Source of the DNA: Candidatus Multivoradales bacterium
Lineage (GTDB): Bacteria > Acidobacteriota > Thermoanaerobaculia > Multivoradales > JAHEKO01
Assembly: GCA_965248055.1 (NCBI GenBank)
Contig: CBDFIJ010000004.1
Coordinates: forward strand, 2,560,001-2,624,000
Direction: 5' to 3'
DNA: 64,000 nt
Shown here: positions 1 through 8,673 of the stretch, piece by piece
Layout of the letters: each line of letters begins with the position of its first letter
Numbering within the stretch: position 1 is the stretch's first letter
Notes under the pieces: model-generated
Told to the model about the DNA's origin: nothing
The model's input: the letters and a program-made list of their open reading frames with translations, nothing else
The model's database searches: none
Made by a program: the position numbers and the translations under genes

Positions 1-1047
1 CTGCGCCCTCCACAGTCCGCCGTCCTGGCGACTCAAGCCGCTGTGGAGGAGGATGTGGCAAACAGCTACCTGCCCTTTGTTGGCTCGAACGAATTGCGGC
101 GTGCCGCCACCGGGTTGGTGGGTCAGCAGTCCGGAGTCAGCTACCATTGGCAAGCCCAGTCCTTGATCACTGCGGGGGGTCTCTCAGGGATTTTGAACGT
201 TTTGCTGGCGACGTTGGAGCCCGGTGATGAGGTCTTGATGACCGACCCGATCTACGTCGGCTTGATAAATCGTGTTCGTTTGGCTGGCGGGGTTCCCCGA
301 TTTGTGCCGTTGATTCCGAGCGATGAAGGATGGCGATTGGATCTGGAAGCGCTGCAACAGATTGATCCGAAACCAGTTCGTGCAGCGTTGATGATGAGTC
401 CATCGATGCCAACCGGGGCGGTTTTCAATCGACAAGAATGGCGGGCTGTGGTCGATTTCTGTGTCGAGGCAGACTGTTGGTTGATCAACGACTCTGCGAT
501 GGAGCGGATTTTGTTCGACCAGTGTGCCGTGATTCACCCAGCGTCCTACCCAGAGATCGTCGAACGGGTGATCACGGTAGGTTCGGCCTCGAAGGAATAC
601 CGCATGATTGGTTGGCGTGTTGGTTGGGTCGTCGGGCCGGAATCTTTGCTTGCCGATGTTTCTAGAGTCAGTATCACCAACGTCTGCTGTCAGTCAGGGA
701 TCGGCATGGCCGGGGTTGCCGCCGCGATCACCGATCCCGACCCGGGGATCGAGGATTGTGTTGTTCGCTGGCAGGCGCGTCGCGATCTGATGCTCAACGA
801 ACTCGAGGGTTTGCCGGTAGTTCCACCGCATGGCGGCTGGTCAATGCTGCTGAACGTCAATCAGCTTGGATTTGGTGCCGCAGAAGCGGCGAATCGTCTA
901 GTGCAAGCGGGGAAAGTGGCAGTCACGCCGATGGTCAATTGGGGTAGCGAGACAGCCAGTCAATATGTCCGCTTTGTTTTTTCCAATGAATCGCGGCAGC
1001 GGCTGTGTGGCGCAGGACAGCGGATCGCGATGGCCCTCGATCGGTAG
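1..1047 (+). CDS. PLP-dependent aminotransferase class I/II (5' partial; frame open to window start)
   Basis: Motifs NSYLPFVG, PSMPTG, INDSAM, SASKEYRMIGWRVGW (PLP lysine); frame open from base 1. Confidence 0.9.
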   Translation: MRPPQSAVLATQAAVEEDVANSYLPFVGSNELRRAATGLVGQQSGVSYHWQAQSLITAGGLSGILNVLLATLEPGDEVLMTDPIYVGLINRVRLAGGVPRFVPLIPSDEGWRLDLEALQQIDPKPVRAALMMSPSMPTGAVFNRQEWRAVVDFCVEADCWLINDSAMERILFDQCAVIHPASYPEIVERVITVGSASKEYRMIGWRVGWVVGPESLLADVSRVSITNVCCQSGIGMAGVAAAITDPDPGIEDCVVRWQARRDLMLNELEGLPVVPPHGGWSMLLNVNQLGFGAAEAANRLVQAGKVAVTPMVNWGSETASQYVRFVFSNESRQRLCGAGQRIAMALDR

Positions 1048-1082
1048 CGTCCATCAAGGCGCATCGCGTCATTCTTGAAGAC

Positions 1083-1117
1083 AAACGAAAACCGGCGACT
1101 CCGGGGAGCCGCCGGTG
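1083..1117 (-). terminator. Probable intrinsic terminator of the TonB receptor gene
   Basis: GC-rich hairpin accggcg-actcc/ggag-ccgccggt followed by a T-rich run on the minus strand, between convergent genes. Confidence 0.5.
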
Positions 1118-1166
1118 GAAATCCGGATTGCGGTCGGACAAGTGCCTTACGACACTTTTAACGTGT

Positions 1167-4118
1167 TCAGTCCCAAGCGGTCTTGAAGTTGTACTTCACC
1201 CGAGCGTACCAAAAGGAACCGTTGAACCCGAACGGAGAAAACTGGCTGTAGAGGTTGCCGACGCCGGCGCGCGCACCAGGGTTTTCTTCCGGTGTGGTGT
1301 CAAAAATATTCTGCCCACCGATCACAAATGTGGTCGCATCGTTGAACTTGTAAGCGCCCTCAAGATCGACCAGATACTCACCACCGTAGACATTGCCATC
1401 CTCTGAGTCGTACCAATCATCGTAGTAGCTCAAGCGTCCGAGGACTCTCCAAGCATCGTTGATATGGTGGTTGGCTGACAAATTCCAGCGGGTTTCCGGC
1501 AGCGCTTCTTGCAGCTCGCGAATACGGGTCGCGTCCAAGGTCGCTGGGTTGAACTGGGTAACGTCGGTCGTAGTGTTGTTGAACAACAGACTGAAAATCG
1601 TGTCGCCTCCTAGCGCCGGAGGCGCGTAGGTTGCGACTACGTCAACACCGCTGGTCTCGGTATCGAAGTCATTGGTGAAGAAGCGAAAATTTTGCAGATT
1701 GGCAGCGCTAGTGATGCCCTCCGCTACCAATTGATTAACCTCGGTTGGACTCAACGAAAATAGCTGCGTTACCGCAAGACGATCATCAAGTTCGATCTGA
1801 AAAAAGTCAACCGTCAGTGAGAACGGTCCACTCTCATAGATCCCGCCGATTGCCAAATTCGTGGACTCTTCCGCCGTCAGAGGCTCACCCCCACGTAATT
1901 GCGCAACCCGCGAAGAAGACGGGATGGTGCCGTTGTTGACCAAGTCCATCAACACCAAATCGAACTCGGTCGAGACGTTGAAGGCGTTGGATTGACCTGG
2001 AGTCGGAGCGCGGAACCCGGTGCTGAAGCTGCCGCGTAACTGGAAGTCGTCCGTCAGCTTGACCCGGCCTGAAAGTTTGCCGTTGGTGGTGGTGCCGAAG
2101 TCCTCAAAGTCCTCGAAGCGTGCTGCTACGCCAACCATCCATTTGTCGTCGCCGCTGGTACGCTCAAGATCACCATAAACGGCATAGTTGCTACGACTCC
2201 AGTTACCAGCCGCGATCGGACCAAAACCCGGGAAGCCGTTGGATGCTGCACTGAAGCCCTGGTCGGCCAGAGGGCCAATCTGGTACGACTCCAATTGGCC
2301 GATACCAATGGTGAACTCTTCGTCGCGATACTCGAAACCGCCAGCCACGTTGGTGCGGTCGTTCAGAGCGTAGGACAAATCAAAGTTGAGGTTGAGCTCT
2401 TGTTGCTCGTACGAACCCGGATCAAAGGTGGTCGGAGTGTCGGGGCCGAGGCTGGCGTTCACCGTATTAAAGATGAAGAAATCAACCTCATTGGTACCCG
2501 AGCTGACACTTGCGTCCCATGAGAGGCCACCGTCGGTGTGTCCACGCAATCCGGCGAGGATCGAGGTATCCGTCAAATCGCCACCGAAGTTGGGGGTGAA
2601 ACCACCGGGAAACAGCTCCTGAAAACTGAAACAGTTGGGATTGGCAAATACCTCAGCCAGAGTGGTTGGGTCGGGGATGTTGTTGGTGACATTGACCACC
2701 GGGCAACCCGCCGAACCGTCCAAGATGCCGTCCTGAGCATCCAACAGGTCGCCGATCAAGAGAGTGTCGCCACCGTCGCCACTAAACACCGAACCACGGT
2801 TGTTGGGGTTCCGAAAGTAGAAGCCGCCGGTTACCTTCTTGCTGACGTAGTTGGTGTGGCCGTAGAACTGTTGACCACCGTCGAACAAATAGCCGAAGTT
2901 GCCCCAAAGTTTGAGGTCATCTTCGACCTCCGGCGATCCCCAGATTTGCGCTGGATTGGCTACCGCGCTATTTCCTGCGGCGATCAGTCCGGCGGCGTCA
3001 TCGCGTTGCACGCTGCGGTCGGTGGGGTCCGAGTTGCCGAACTCGACGCTAAAGTTCGCGAAACCATATTCACCCCAAGGCACACCAAAGTTTGCAGCGA
3101 CGGACATTGCGTCACCGTCGCCCTCGGTGTAGCCACCAGTGCGGACCTCGACGCTACCGCCACTGCGGTCGTCCTTAAGTTGAAAATTCATCACGCCAGC
3201 AATCGCGTCTGAACCGTACTGCGCCGATGCGCCGTCACGGAGCACTTCCACCTGACGCAAGGCAATGGCAGGAATTGCCGAAATGTCAGGGCCTTGGGCG
3301 CCATCGGCGACACCGTTGCCCAGCCAGTAAATTACCGCCGCACGATGGCGGCGCTTGCCGTTGACCAAAACTAGAGTGTGGTCAGGAGCGAGGTTGCGCA
3401 AATTGGCTGGGCGCACCACTGTCGCTGCGTCGCTGATCGGTTGCGTATTGACAGAATACGAAGGAGCGAGAGTCCGCAGAAGCGTACTGAGGTCGGTGTC
3501 GCCTTGGTTGCTGAAATCCTCAGCGGAAATAACGTCCACCGGCACTGCGGATTCGGTGACCGAGCGCGGTTGCGCGCGGCTACCGATAACCACAACCTCG
3601 CCGGTAAACCCTTCGTCGGTATCAGCGTCGTCATCGACAGCCGCATCTGCTGCGTCGGCGACATCATCATCCGCCACTTCTTCCGCCGCTTCCTCGGTTG
3701 CTTCGGTCGCGTCTGACGCCATCTCTTCAGCGTCGTCAGCCATGTCTGCCGTATCTGCTGCGTCGGCGACATCATCATCCGCCACTTCTTCCGCCGCTTC
3801 CTCGGTTGCTTCGACCGCGTCTGACGCCATCTCTCCAGCGTCATCAGCCATGTCTGCCGCATCAGCTTCGGCATCCTGTGCCATTTCTTCAGCTTCCTCA
3901 GCCATTTCCTCAGCGACTTCGGCCATCTCCTCAGCAGCTTCGGCCATTTCCTCAGCCGCCTCAGTCATCTCCTCGGCGGCTTCAGCCATTTCTTCAACAG
4001 CTTCCTCGACCTCTTCCGCGGCGTCATCTTGGGCCGAAACCATCGGCGCAAGGCCGAAGATCAGCACCAGCGAAAAAGCTACGATCAGCCATCTATTCTC
4101 AATTCTCAATCCAAACAT
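1167..4118 (-). CDS. TonB-dependent outer membrane receptor with acidic N-terminal repeat extension
   Basis: Signal peptide, TonB-box-like EVVVIGSR, plug motifs LVLVNGKRRH and VEVLRDGASAQYGSDAIAGV, barrel C-terminus YARVKYNF. Confidence 0.95.
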   Translation of the reverse strand: MFGLRIENRWLIVAFSLVLIFGLAPMVSAQDDAAEEVEEAVEEMAEAAEEMTEAAEEMAEAAEEMAEVAEEMAEEAEEMAQDAEADAADMADDAGEMASDAVEATEEAAEEVADDDVADAADTADMADDAEEMASDATEATEEAAEEVADDDVADAADAAVDDDADTDEGFTGEVVVIGSRAQPRSVTESAVPVDVISAEDFSNQGDTDLSTLLRTLAPSYSVNTQPISDAATVVRPANLRNLAPDHTLVLVNGKRRHRAAVIYWLGNGVADGAQGPDISAIPAIALRQVEVLRDGASAQYGSDAIAGVMNFQLKDDRSGGSVEVRTGGYTEGDGDAMSVAANFGVPWGEYGFANFSVEFGNSDPTDRSVQRDDAAGLIAAGNSAVANPAQIWGSPEVEDDLKLWGNFGYLFDGGQQFYGHTNYVSKKVTGGFYFRNPNNRGSVFSGDGGDTLLIGDLLDAQDGILDGSAGCPVVNVTNNIPDPTTLAEVFANPNCFSFQELFPGGFTPNFGGDLTDTSILAGLRGHTDGGLSWDASVSSGTNEVDFFIFNTVNASLGPDTPTTFDPGSYEQQELNLNFDLSYALNDRTNVAGGFEYRDEEFTIGIGQLESYQIGPLADQGFSAASNGFPGFGPIAAGNWSRSNYAVYGDLERTSGDDKWMVGVAARFEDFEDFGTTTNGKLSGRVKLTDDFQLRGSFSTGFRAPTPGQSNAFNVSTEFDLVLMDLVNNGTIPSSSRVAQLRGGEPLTAEESTNLAIGGIYESGPFSLTVDFFQIELDDRLAVTQLFSLSPTEVNQLVAEGITSAANLQNFRFFTNDFDTETSGVDVVATYAPPALGGDTIFSLLFNNTTTDVTQFNPATLDATRIRELQEALPETRWNLSANHHINDAWRVLGRLSYYDDWYDSEDGNVYGGEYLVDLEGAYKFNDATTFVIGGQNIFDTTPEENPGARAGVGNLYSQFSPFGFNGSFWYARVKYNFKTAWD
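3643..4010 (-). repeat. Intragenic repeats: ~2 x 108 bp (36 aa) plus a 21-bp (EEMAEAA-like) tandem array
   Basis: acatcatcatccgccacttcttccgccgcttcctcggttgcttcg occurs at 3661 and 3769 (period 108); EEMAEAA-type heptads at ~3880-4010. Confidence 0.85.
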
Positions 4119-4444
4119 CTAGACCTCCTTCAATCTCCATTAACACGCGAACAGTGTGCGACGACTTTCTACGCGAAGGCGTGACACTGTTAGCGATGCG
4201 GTTCCGTTCATTGACACGTTGCCGCACGCTACAGACGGTGGTAACAAATTGTCAAGGCAAATGGTCGCCTGAGTAAATAGGAGTTGTGTATCGGAGTTAA
4301 CGCTTGGAGTCGCCTCGGTCAATGGCGGCAACCCACCTCGAAGTATTTCTTTTTATTCGTGAATGCTGCGAAGGCGACACCGAGTTCGACAATCCAGGCA
4401 GGGCCGAGGGTCAGAAACAGCCTAATTTGATAGATACGGGACAT

Positions 4445-4520
4445 TGGTGGAGCCGATCGGGATCGAACCGACGACCTCCTGAATGCCATTCAGGCGCTCT
4501 CCCAACTGAGCTACGGCCCC
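4445..4520 (-). tRNA. tRNA-Ala(GGC)
   Basis: Reverse complement GGGGCCGTAGCTCAGTTGGGAGAGCGCCTGAATGGCATTCAGGAGGTCGTCGGTTCGATCCCGATCGGCTCCACCA; cloverleaf, anticodon GGC, CCA end. Confidence 0.97.
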
Positions 4521-4677
4521 ACGGGGTCGATGAGTGTATGAAGGGGTTGGGGTGGTGTCAACGCTGCGGCAAAACCTCGGGCAGTGGCAAAGTCGACCTT
4601 GTGGTCTGATATCTTGAGAGCTGGAGGATTTGGGCGATTGCTCGGTGGGGTGAGTGCTGAAATCAACCGAGTTAGCG

Positions 4678-4893
4678 ATGCCGATTTACGAGTATATTTG
4701 CCCAGAATGCCAGACGCGGCGCGAGGAGTTGCAGCGGCTCGGTGAGGACGGGCAAGAGCTCAAGTGCGACGACTGCGGTCGTGTGGGCCTGGAGAAACAG
4801 TTTTCGGTTTTTGCTGCTGGTGAAACCAGCGGATCTGCATCGATGAGCAGCGGTGGTTCCTGTGGTGGCGGTTCGGGGTTTACCTGAGGTTGA
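4678..4893 (+). CDS. FmdB-family zinc ribbon protein, probable C-terminal selenocysteine (ends at 4887 if UGA is a stop)
   Basis: MPIYEYICPEC...CDDCG; ends CGGGSGFT-TGA-GGT-TGA with a hairpin just downstream. Confidence 0.8.
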
Positions 4894-4923
4894 GATGACG
4901 CAGCGACCGGGTTGTTGCTGCTC
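4892..4923 (+). promoter_or_regulatory. Candidate bacterial SECIS element
   Basis: Stem gcagcgac/gttgttgc (with G-U pairs) closes a G-containing loop ~20 nt after the in-frame UGA at 4885; lower gag/ctc pairing. Confidence 0.55.
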
Positions 4924-5021
4924 GTGGCTAGGGTTTGGTTCGAGGTCACAGACGTGTGTTACGATTTCTTGAATCGGATATCGCCATGCGCTTACAGTAT
5001 TAACAGAAGGAGATAGATACT

Positions 5022-5222
5022 ATGGATGACGATTCAAGAGACGAGGTTATGACTTCGGCTACCGAATCAGTGCAAGAGGCACAGCCGCCTGTTCCTTTGG
5101 GGCAGCGGTTGTTTGATCGACCGTTCTTGCTGCTGGTGTTGGGCCTGGTGGTGATGTTTGTCTTCTATACCGGTTGGGGGATGGTGGAAGTGATGATGCT
5201 TCCGGACGCGCCACTGCCCTGA
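5022..5222 (+). CDS. Small single-TM protein, probable accessory subunit of the heme-copper enzyme
   Basis: RBS aaggag; PLGQRLFDRPFLLL followed by a hydrophobic helix; first gene before subunits II and I. Confidence 0.7.
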   Translation: MDDDSRDEVMTSATESVQEAQPPVPLGQRLFDRPFLLLVLGLVVMFVFYTGWGMVEVMMLPDAPLP

Positions 5223-5314
5223 GCTTGTTGTACTGGCCATGTTGCATGGTTGGGTTGCCCTAAATGACTGACTTGAGAAAGTAGAGAGCTGATGGAGAAG
5301 AAGGAGGTTCGAGG

Positions 5315-5884
5315 ATGAGTTGGCACACAGCCATCGTTGCGCCGACCGGGGTGTGGTGGAAGCCCGCTGGTCGGCAAGAAAAAGTTTGGATTGCAGTGGC
5401 CTTTGTCTGGTGCATGGTTCTGTTCGCGATGATGCCTCTGTGGCACATCCGCGGTGGACAGAATCCATCGGGGATTCGCAGCAAAGTAACGCCAAAAGCG
5501 TTTGCCGAGCGCACTGCGCGATTCATCGCTGATTATCAAGTTGGCGAAGACGGTGGGTTTCCGCTCGTGGCACCGCCGCCAGGGTCTGACGTCTATATGC
5601 AGGCGACCATGTGGCAGTGGACCCCGGTTTTGCGCCTACAAGAGGGTGCGAGTTACACCATTCACATGTCGGCCTTGGATGTGAATCACGGGTTTAGCCT
5701 GTATCCGGCGAACGTCAATTTTCAGATCATTCCTGGCTATGACTACGGCCTCAAGATGACGCCCAACTCACCAGGCGAGTACAAGATTATTTGTAACGAG
5801 TTCTGCGGGATTGGACATCACCGGATGTTGGGCAAGATCATCGTTGAGCCACGTTCTGCTGGGTCTGAGGAGGCGGCATCATGA
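5315..5884 (+). CDS. Heme-copper oxidase subunit II (CuA), eNOR-type
   Basis: One TM helix plus CuA ligands DVNHGF and CNEFCGIGHHRM. Confidence 0.9.
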   Translation: MSWHTAIVAPTGVWWKPAGRQEKVWIAVAFVWCMVLFAMMPLWHIRGGQNPSGIRSKVTPKAFAERTARFIADYQVGEDGGFPLVAPPPGSDVYMQATMWQWTPVLRLQEGASYTIHMSALDVNHGFSLYPANVNFQIIPGYDYGLKMTPNSPGEYKIICNEFCGIGHHRMLGKIIVEPRSAGSEEAAS

Positions 5885-7602
5885 CCAAATTCACTGATTT
5901 TGTCTTTCGCCGCTGCCCGGTTACCGGTTTGAAGATTGATCGCACTGCCGAAAAGTTGATTCAGATCAACGCGGTGGTGGCGATTGTCATGTTCTTGTTT
6001 GGCGTAGTGGCTGCCTTGCTGCTGGCGTTGACCCGCTGGCAGGCGGTTCATTTGCTGCCCGCGGACTGGTACTACCGTTTGCTGACGCTGCACGGTCTCA
6101 ACATGTTGATCTTTTTCATCATTTTCTTTGAGATGGCGGTGCTTTACTTTGCCGGGCCGGTGACCCTCAACAGCAGGCTGCCAGCGCCCAAGGTGGGTTG
6201 GATCGGCTTAGGATTGATGGTGATCGGGGCGGTGATGGTGGACTGGATGGTTTTGGCCGGTAAAGCGGATGTGCTTTTTACTTCGTATGTGCCGTTGCGG
6301 GCCGATCCTAATTACTACCTTGGGATCATTCTTTTTGCGGTGGGAGCCCTGATTGTGGTCGGCCATTTCTTTGCCGCACTGGTGGTTGCCAAGCGCGAGA
6401 AGTCCTACGAAGGATCGATCCCGCTGGTCACTTTTGGTGGACTGACGGCGGCGATTATTGCCGTGATCACCTTGCTGCATGGTGCCATTGTCTACATTCC
6501 GACCTATCTTTGGTCCTTGGGGCTGATGCACATGGACCCACAGATCTACCGCTTGATTTGGTGGGGTCTAGGTCACTCGTCGCAGCAAATTAATGTCGCG
6601 GCGATGGTCGCGGTTTGGTATCTGCTCGGTGGGCTCACGGTTGGTGCCGTGGTTTTAAACGAAAAGGTCAGCCGTTGGGCGTTTGTTCTCTACATTGCCT
6701 TTATCTCGATGGCTTCGGCGCATCATCTGTTGGTTGACCCCGGCATGGGTCCGGCGTGGAAGATTTGGAACACCAGTTACGCGATGTACCTGGCGGTTTT
6801 GGCCAGCATGATCCATGGTTTTACCGTGCCGGCCGGCCTCGAGTTGGGCCAACGGATGCAGGGGTTTGTCAAAGGTAAGTTTGAATGGCTGAAGAAGGCT
6901 CCCTGGGGTGACCCAGGGTTCTCCGGCATGTTCCTGTCGTTGATCATTTTCGGATTTCTGGGTGGCATCACGGGTGTGACGCTGGGTACCGAGCAGATCA
7001 ACATCCTGGGACACAACACTCTGCGCATCCCCGGCCACTTTCATGTCACCGTGGTTGGCGGTACCGCATTGGCGTTCATGGCTGTGACCTACTACGTCAT
7101 TCCTTTGATCTTTCAAAAGAAAGTCGCTCTGTGGAAGCTGGCCAAGATTCAGCCGTACCTGTTTGCTGCCGGTATCACCATCATGGGGATGTCGATGACT
7201 TTTGCCGGGATCTTTGGCGTGCCACGCCGTCACTGGGATATTTCGTTTTCCGATGCACCGTTTGGCATGGAGTTTCCGCCCGCGGTGGACATCATGATGG
7301 CTGGAGTAGGCCTGGGTGGTGTGCTGGCGGCAACCGCCGGCATCATCTACGTGTTGGTGGCAGTGATTTCGGTGTTCTTCGGCAGGAAGCTCGATCTGAC
7401 CCAGCTTGAGCCGGGCATGTCGGGTGTGCCGCAAGGCGTTTCCAAGCTGCCGCCTCAGGTGCAAGATGGTGTTTCCGCAGAGGAGGTCCACGACAAAGGC
7501 ACTCCTGGAACCGTTATCTTGGTCGGAGTGTTTCTCACCGTGTTTATTCTTTACTACTTCACCAACTGGAAGATGTTGGCGATGGTGTGGAAGATCGGCT
7601 AA
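5881..7602 (+). CDS. Heme-copper superfamily subunit I, B-family-derived nitric oxide reductase (eNOR-type)
   Basis: His ligands TLHG, GHSSQQ, SAHH, GHFH; the cross-link Tyr position (H+4) is Gln; adjacent to nirS. Confidence 0.85.
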   Translation: MTKFTDFVFRRCPVTGLKIDRTAEKLIQINAVVAIVMFLFGVVAALLLALTRWQAVHLLPADWYYRLLTLHGLNMLIFFIIFFEMAVLYFAGPVTLNSRLPAPKVGWIGLGLMVIGAVMVDWMVLAGKADVLFTSYVPLRADPNYYLGIILFAVGALIVVGHFFAALVVAKREKSYEGSIPLVTFGGLTAAIIAVITLLHGAIVYIPTYLWSLGLMHMDPQIYRLIWWGLGHSSQQINVAAMVAVWYLLGGLTVGAVVLNEKVSRWAFVLYIAFISMASAHHLLVDPGMGPAWKIWNTSYAMYLAVLASMIHGFTVPAGLELGQRMQGFVKGKFEWLKKAPWGDPGFSGMFLSLIIFGFLGGITGVTLGTEQINILGHNTLRIPGHFHVTVVGGTALAFMAVTYYVIPLIFQKKVALWKLAKIQPYLFAAGITIMGMSMTFAGIFGVPRRHWDISFSDAPFGMEFPPAVDIMMAGVGLGGVLAATAGIIYVLVAVISVFFGRKLDLTQLEPGMSGVPQGVSKLPPQVQDGVSAEEVHDKGTPGTVILVGVFLTVFILYYFTNWKMLAMVWKIG

Positions 7603-8534
7603 TGGAGAACGACCTGCGGGTCGAAACACCGCCACGATCGGCTCCCCTAAACGGAAGTCGGTTTGCGGTTTGGGCCTTGGTTTGTTGGCTGGCGATCACC
7701 GTCGCTCTCTGGAGTTTGGCCTTCGCTCCTTTTCCCCGGCCCCCCGAATGGCTGGCCGCAGCGCGGCAGGTTTGCTTTGGCACTCTCGCCAATGGGCTTC
7801 CCGACAGTTGGGGTTGGATCACCTTGATCGCTGGTCCTCTGGGTGTGCTGGGTTTCTTGCTGGCGGTGTGGGGTCGAGAGCTAATGCGAGGCCTTGGTGA
7901 CCTGTCGAGGTCGGCAGTTGGGAAAGTGGCGATCATCGCGATGATCGCGATGCCATTGTTCGGCACCATCTGGGTGGGACAACGAGTAGCCGCGGTGCGC
8001 CAGCTCACCTTTGCTCTTGATCAACCAGGACTGCCAACCGACTTTCCCGAAGCCTACCCACGCACCGATCGCGCGGCTCCTAAACTTGGCCTAGTCGATC
8101 AGCAGGGTCGAGTGGTGGAGGTCACAGACCTTATCGGAAGGCCGACGATCGTGACTTTCGCCTATGCCCACTGCGCCACCGTTTGTCCGCGCATCGTCTA
8201 CACCGCTAAACAGGCGATTGAGCAGGCTCCAGGGCTCGATGCTCAACTGGTGGTGGTCAGTCTTGACCCGTGGCGCGACACCCCCAGTTCGCTTCCTGGG
8301 CTGGTCGAGTCCTGGCGGTTGCAGGATCTTCCGGTTCATTTACTTTCCGGCGAAGTGGAGCAGGTTCTGCAAGTCTTGAACGGCTGGAATATGCCGATTG
8401 AGCGGGACCAATCGACCGGTGAAATCACCCATCCAGGACTGGTCTACATCTTGGACTCGAGCGGACAGATCGCCTATACCTTGAATGCCCCCAGCGGCAC
8501 TTGGCTGCAGCAGGCGTTGGAGCGCACAGGGTAA
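7602..8534 (+). CDS. SCO/SenC copper chaperone with N-terminal membrane domain
   Basis: FAYAHCATVCP (CxxxC), SLDPWRDTP, ITHPG; start overlaps subunit I stop (TAATG). Confidence 0.9.
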   Translation: MENDLRVETPPRSAPLNGSRFAVWALVCWLAITVALWSLAFAPFPRPPEWLAAARQVCFGTLANGLPDSWGWITLIAGPLGVLGFLLAVWGRELMRGLGDLSRSAVGKVAIIAMIAMPLFGTIWVGQRVAAVRQLTFALDQPGLPTDFPEAYPRTDRAAPKLGLVDQQGRVVEVTDLIGRPTIVTFAYAHCATVCPRIVYTAKQAIEQAPGLDAQLVVVSLDPWRDTPSSLPGLVESWRLQDLPVHLLSGEVEQVLQVLNGWNMPIERDQSTGEITHPGLVYILDSSGQIAYTLNAPSGTWLQQALERTG

Positions 8535-8673
8535 TTTCTGGCGCGAGCCGGGCATATCTGGCTGCGGTTTTTCCACCGAAAAAGGTCTTGTCGGCAGGAG
8601 TTGTTTTTACTAAAATGCGATAAGCGCATGGGATTTCGCGCAAACGCTGGCCACGGGCCGACAGAAGGAGATC

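Noticed and set aside
3355-4276. Ser/Ala-rich 255-aa and Pro/Arg-rich 192-aa plus-strand ORFs
   Set aside because: Antisense shadows of the acidic repeat in the TonB receptor
5881-7602. Aerobic cytochrome c oxidase subunit I
   Set aside because: Active-site Tyr replaced by Gln and nirS context indicate an NO reductase
6655-7635. Long antisense ORFs (also 13738-14976, 45438-46193, 56076-57170)
   Set aside because: Fully overlap well-supported genes on the opposite strand, as expected in GC-rich DNA
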